NCBI GenBank assembly: GCA_002256025.1
Contig: NKIB01000118.1
Span: forward strand, 1 to 35,110
Source: Asterionella formosa
Lineage: Eukaryota
Direction of reading: 5' to 3'
DNA length: 35,110 nucleotides
Below are positions 32,220 through 35,110 of this stretch, piece by piece. Position numbers and translations under genes: made by a program. How positions within the stretch are numbered: position 1 is the stretch's first letter; each line of letters starts with the position of its first letter. A model generated the notes under the pieces. That model saw only the letters and a list, made by a program, of their open reading frames with translations. It ran no database searches and was not told where the DNA came from.

Positions 32220-34044
32220 TCATTCGAGAGTCCACAATGGAGAAATAGCGTCAATCAAATTCTCTTGACTCTCAAAGGCGACCAGCCAGTAGCCCTCTGT
32301 TGCCGACAGGTGTGGATGAGAAACCTTTGCCGACGAAATTCGTTCGTCGGTTAAATATGTCGCACTATTTTGCGTCGCTCCCTCTTCCTGCATGGCCAAA
32401 GCAATAGCCACCAACCGAGACACTCCCCAACTAGATGCTTCCGTCACAAGGTTTTCTAATCGCACTTCCAACCCAGTACAGTCCGCCAACATTTGCCGCC
32501 ATAAAGCGTTTCGCTCCATGGCGTGTCCACTCACCATGATCATGGGAGTACCGCCAATTTCATCGCACTCACGTATTAATCGTAAAATGGCTTCCATCCG
32601 AAGAACAACACCCTCCAAACAATGCTTCATAAAGTGAGACGGTCCACACTCGCGTGTCAAGCCCATTAAGGCAAAGCACGCTCCATCTCGATAGTGAGGC
32701 GATCGCTCACCGCTCAAGAAAGGCACGACGACAGGTGTGCTAAGCAGTTTTCCGCGCGCAGCGGATTGATAATCCTTGTTGTACAACAAAGCCGCACCAT
32801 TCAAACAATTTTGAAATTGTGCCTCGTCCGTCAAGGACAACATCCTCCTAGCCCAATCCACAACACTACCCCCATCAGTTAAGGCTCCTCCAACCACAAC
32901 AAGATTCCGATCCAATCGGTAACAAAAGAGCCCTGTCGGCACAACAAAGTCATCCGTCAGTGGCGACGGTGAGATAGGCATTGGGAGGCAAAAACGCGCC
33001 GCCGCCGATGTTCCTATAGTGACAGAAATGCGATTCGGTGAAACGCACTTGGATCCTACATTTGCACATGCGCCATCGCCGATTCCTAAGAATAACTTGC
33101 AGTGTTCTGAACTGCTTTTTGAGCCTCTTAGTTCTGGCCACCTTTCCCAATAATCATTAGTCTCGGGTTCAATTTCTCCAACAATTTCTGGCATGCCACC
33201 CGATGGCATGATGGCATCATTGAAGTCTGCAAGTGGTGGGAGGGTGTGCCTGCACTCTTCTGGCAAGAGAGACATGGCCAATTTGTCCCACTCGCAATTC
33301 CTGAAATTGAAGAGTCCAGTCCACGAGGCTTCGCTGTAACTGACGTGCGAGAAGGGAGTGCCTCGCCATCGACTCAGACACAGAGAAGCAATGGTTTGCC
33401 AAATAATGATTCGTTCGCACAAATCGGCGTTTTCTGAGTTTGAATATAGGGCCCGTAGCTGGGGGAGAGCGTATGCCGAATGGAGCGGAACTCCAGTGCG
33501 TTGGTAGAGGTCATGGATGACTTCCGGTCCGAGTTCGCTGTTGACGAGTAGCAAGGTAACATAAAATCAATGCATGAAATATGAAACCTTTGATTCTCGA
33601 TGTAAAATGTTCAATGTACTTGACGCACCTTTTCAATGTCCGACAGGCACTTGCAACTTCATGAGAGTGACAGGCATAACTCAATGTAGCAGCGCCTCCC
33701 ACAACTTTCCCGCTTTCATCCACTGCCACTAAATTCATAACAAAGGACGAGAAGCCCAGCCCAACGATTCGAAAGGGATGCATGCTGATCCGTAAAGTTT
33801 CGAGGCATTCATCAATCAAGGAATCAATCTCGTCCAACAAATTGCTTTCCTCGCTGAGCGTCATGTTGATTTTGCCAGTCACAGGATCCACCGTTTGAAA
33901 TCGACGGACTTTTCGACAGTTCTCTATGGGCGATGTTTGGGTGGCTTCGACATCGGACAGGAGGTACGCAGAACAGCGAATACTTGACGATCCAATATCC
34001 AGGGCCAAAATGATGGATGACAAAGCACTCGAGACGGCGAACAT
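32220..34044 (-). CDS. FGGY-family carbohydrate kinase (gluconokinase/xylulokinase-like), 2 exons: 34044-33629 and 33537-32220, 577 aa
   Basis: LALDIGSSSIRC, SYSEASWTGLFN, GIGDGACANVGS, VTIGTSAA, PFLSGERSP, LEGV, WRQMLAD. A GT..AG intron at 33628-33538 joins the two track ORFs in frame (...LK-S-ELGPE). Confidence 0.92.
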
Positions 34045-34599
34045 TGCTGTTTGATTAAATATGTTCAGTCCCTTGACTTACTATGTAGAGATATCGAAGT
34101 CTCCTAACGCCTTGATACATTGATTGTGAAGCAATGGGAGAAAAGTGGTTTATGTTGAATCGTTTCTTGATGGCATTATTTATGTAAATGCCTGTTAGGG
34201 TCCAGGTAACCTGGTACGACCGGTATATAGATGCCTACCAGTACGTAAAGTCTATGCACGTAATACCAGGTAGCATATCTTGCTAATGTGGGATATTTCA
34301 TACATACAACAAATGTCTACAAATTCCGGTTATTATACCTGTAGTCTATGCTTGAGGGTACCGCAGTCCTCGAACCTACGTAGAATGCACCATGGCAGCG
34401 GGGCCATCATATCTCTCCAGGAACAGATTTTACATACGTACGTAACCTGGCTTGCCGTATGTATCCGGTGCACCCCTCTGCCCTTCGTGTTTTTGAGTTA
34501 GCTACCGGTAATGTTTTGTACTGTGCTTGGAAAGCATGTAGACGTCGATTGCTGGGATGTTTCTACTGCCACTTTCGAGGCTGCAAATAGATGTGTTGC

Positions 34600-35110
34600 C
34601 CATCCCAGAAACCTCAGTTTTTCGCCGATCCTCAGATCCTGCAATTTTGTACTAAAAAGATGTGCATCCCTTCCCTGGCTGGTCAAGAATTCATCATTCC
34701 TTACATGATATTTTCTTATCTTTTCATCATATGCTGATTGAGATATTGTGTTGTTTTTCCATTATGAAGAAGCTTATTCCTTTCTTGCCATGTGCTAGTG
34801 GTTAATAGCCATTTCTTAGCAGTGGCAGTTTTGCCCAAGTATTGCTCAGGGCATGTTGCTGGCTGGGGGCTTCTGTTGAGCTTTTTATAGCACTGCGCCA
34901 ACCCTTACTGAGGTACCCTCTTGTTAAATTGTCTAGTTGAAATATCACAGATCTTACTTTTAAGATCTCTAAAGCTGAAAACGTATTTTCACTTTACACT
35001 TTGTAATATTGTGAGCTTTCTGTTAATAGTCTATCTAGTCTTGTTCTTGCCTGATTACTCATGTAATCCCGAACAAGACTTCTCACACTTTCCTTGATCC
35101 CGTCAAAATG
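34600..35110 (-). mobile_element. Degenerate 3' portion of a non-LTR retrotransposon, continuing beyond the window
   Basis: Manual translation: DNLTRGYLSKGWRSAIK (~34935-34885) then TSTWQERNKLLHNG (~34800-34758), frameshifted. Confidence 0.6.

Noticed and set aside
33511..34044. Frameshifted or split kinase gene
   Set aside because: A 91-bp GT-AG intron (33628-33538) joins the two ORFs in frame.

Overview
Eukaryotic nuclear DNA, most likely a diatom. Evidence: a sigma-70 factor with a signal peptide + AF(VP) plastid-targeting motif, a long PPR protein, a 91-bp GT-AG intron and diatom-type non-LTR retrotransposon motifs. There are eight apparently intact host genes: nucleoredoxin-like thioredoxin, PPR protein, small membrane protein, Pro-rich hypothetical, tandem cytochrome b5 protein, plastid sigma factor, ankyrin protein and FGGY kinase. 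They flank a ~14.5 kb block of decayed mobile DNA (6-20.5 kb) and a nested element at 24.5-27.8 kb. Three main observations. (1) A Mutator(MULE)-type transposase whose catalytic DDE triad is split across two convergent, tail-to-tail ORFs. (2) (TA-CCWGG)n arrays upstream of most genes, whose units match the fused ends of a co-located TA-flanked TIR/MITE family, suggesting self-reinforcing excision-footprint arrays. (3) Two tRNA-like Pol III cassettes embedded in an array of palindromic CCAATACAAGGT motifs. All alignments and translations outside the supplied ORF track were done by eye; no searches were run.
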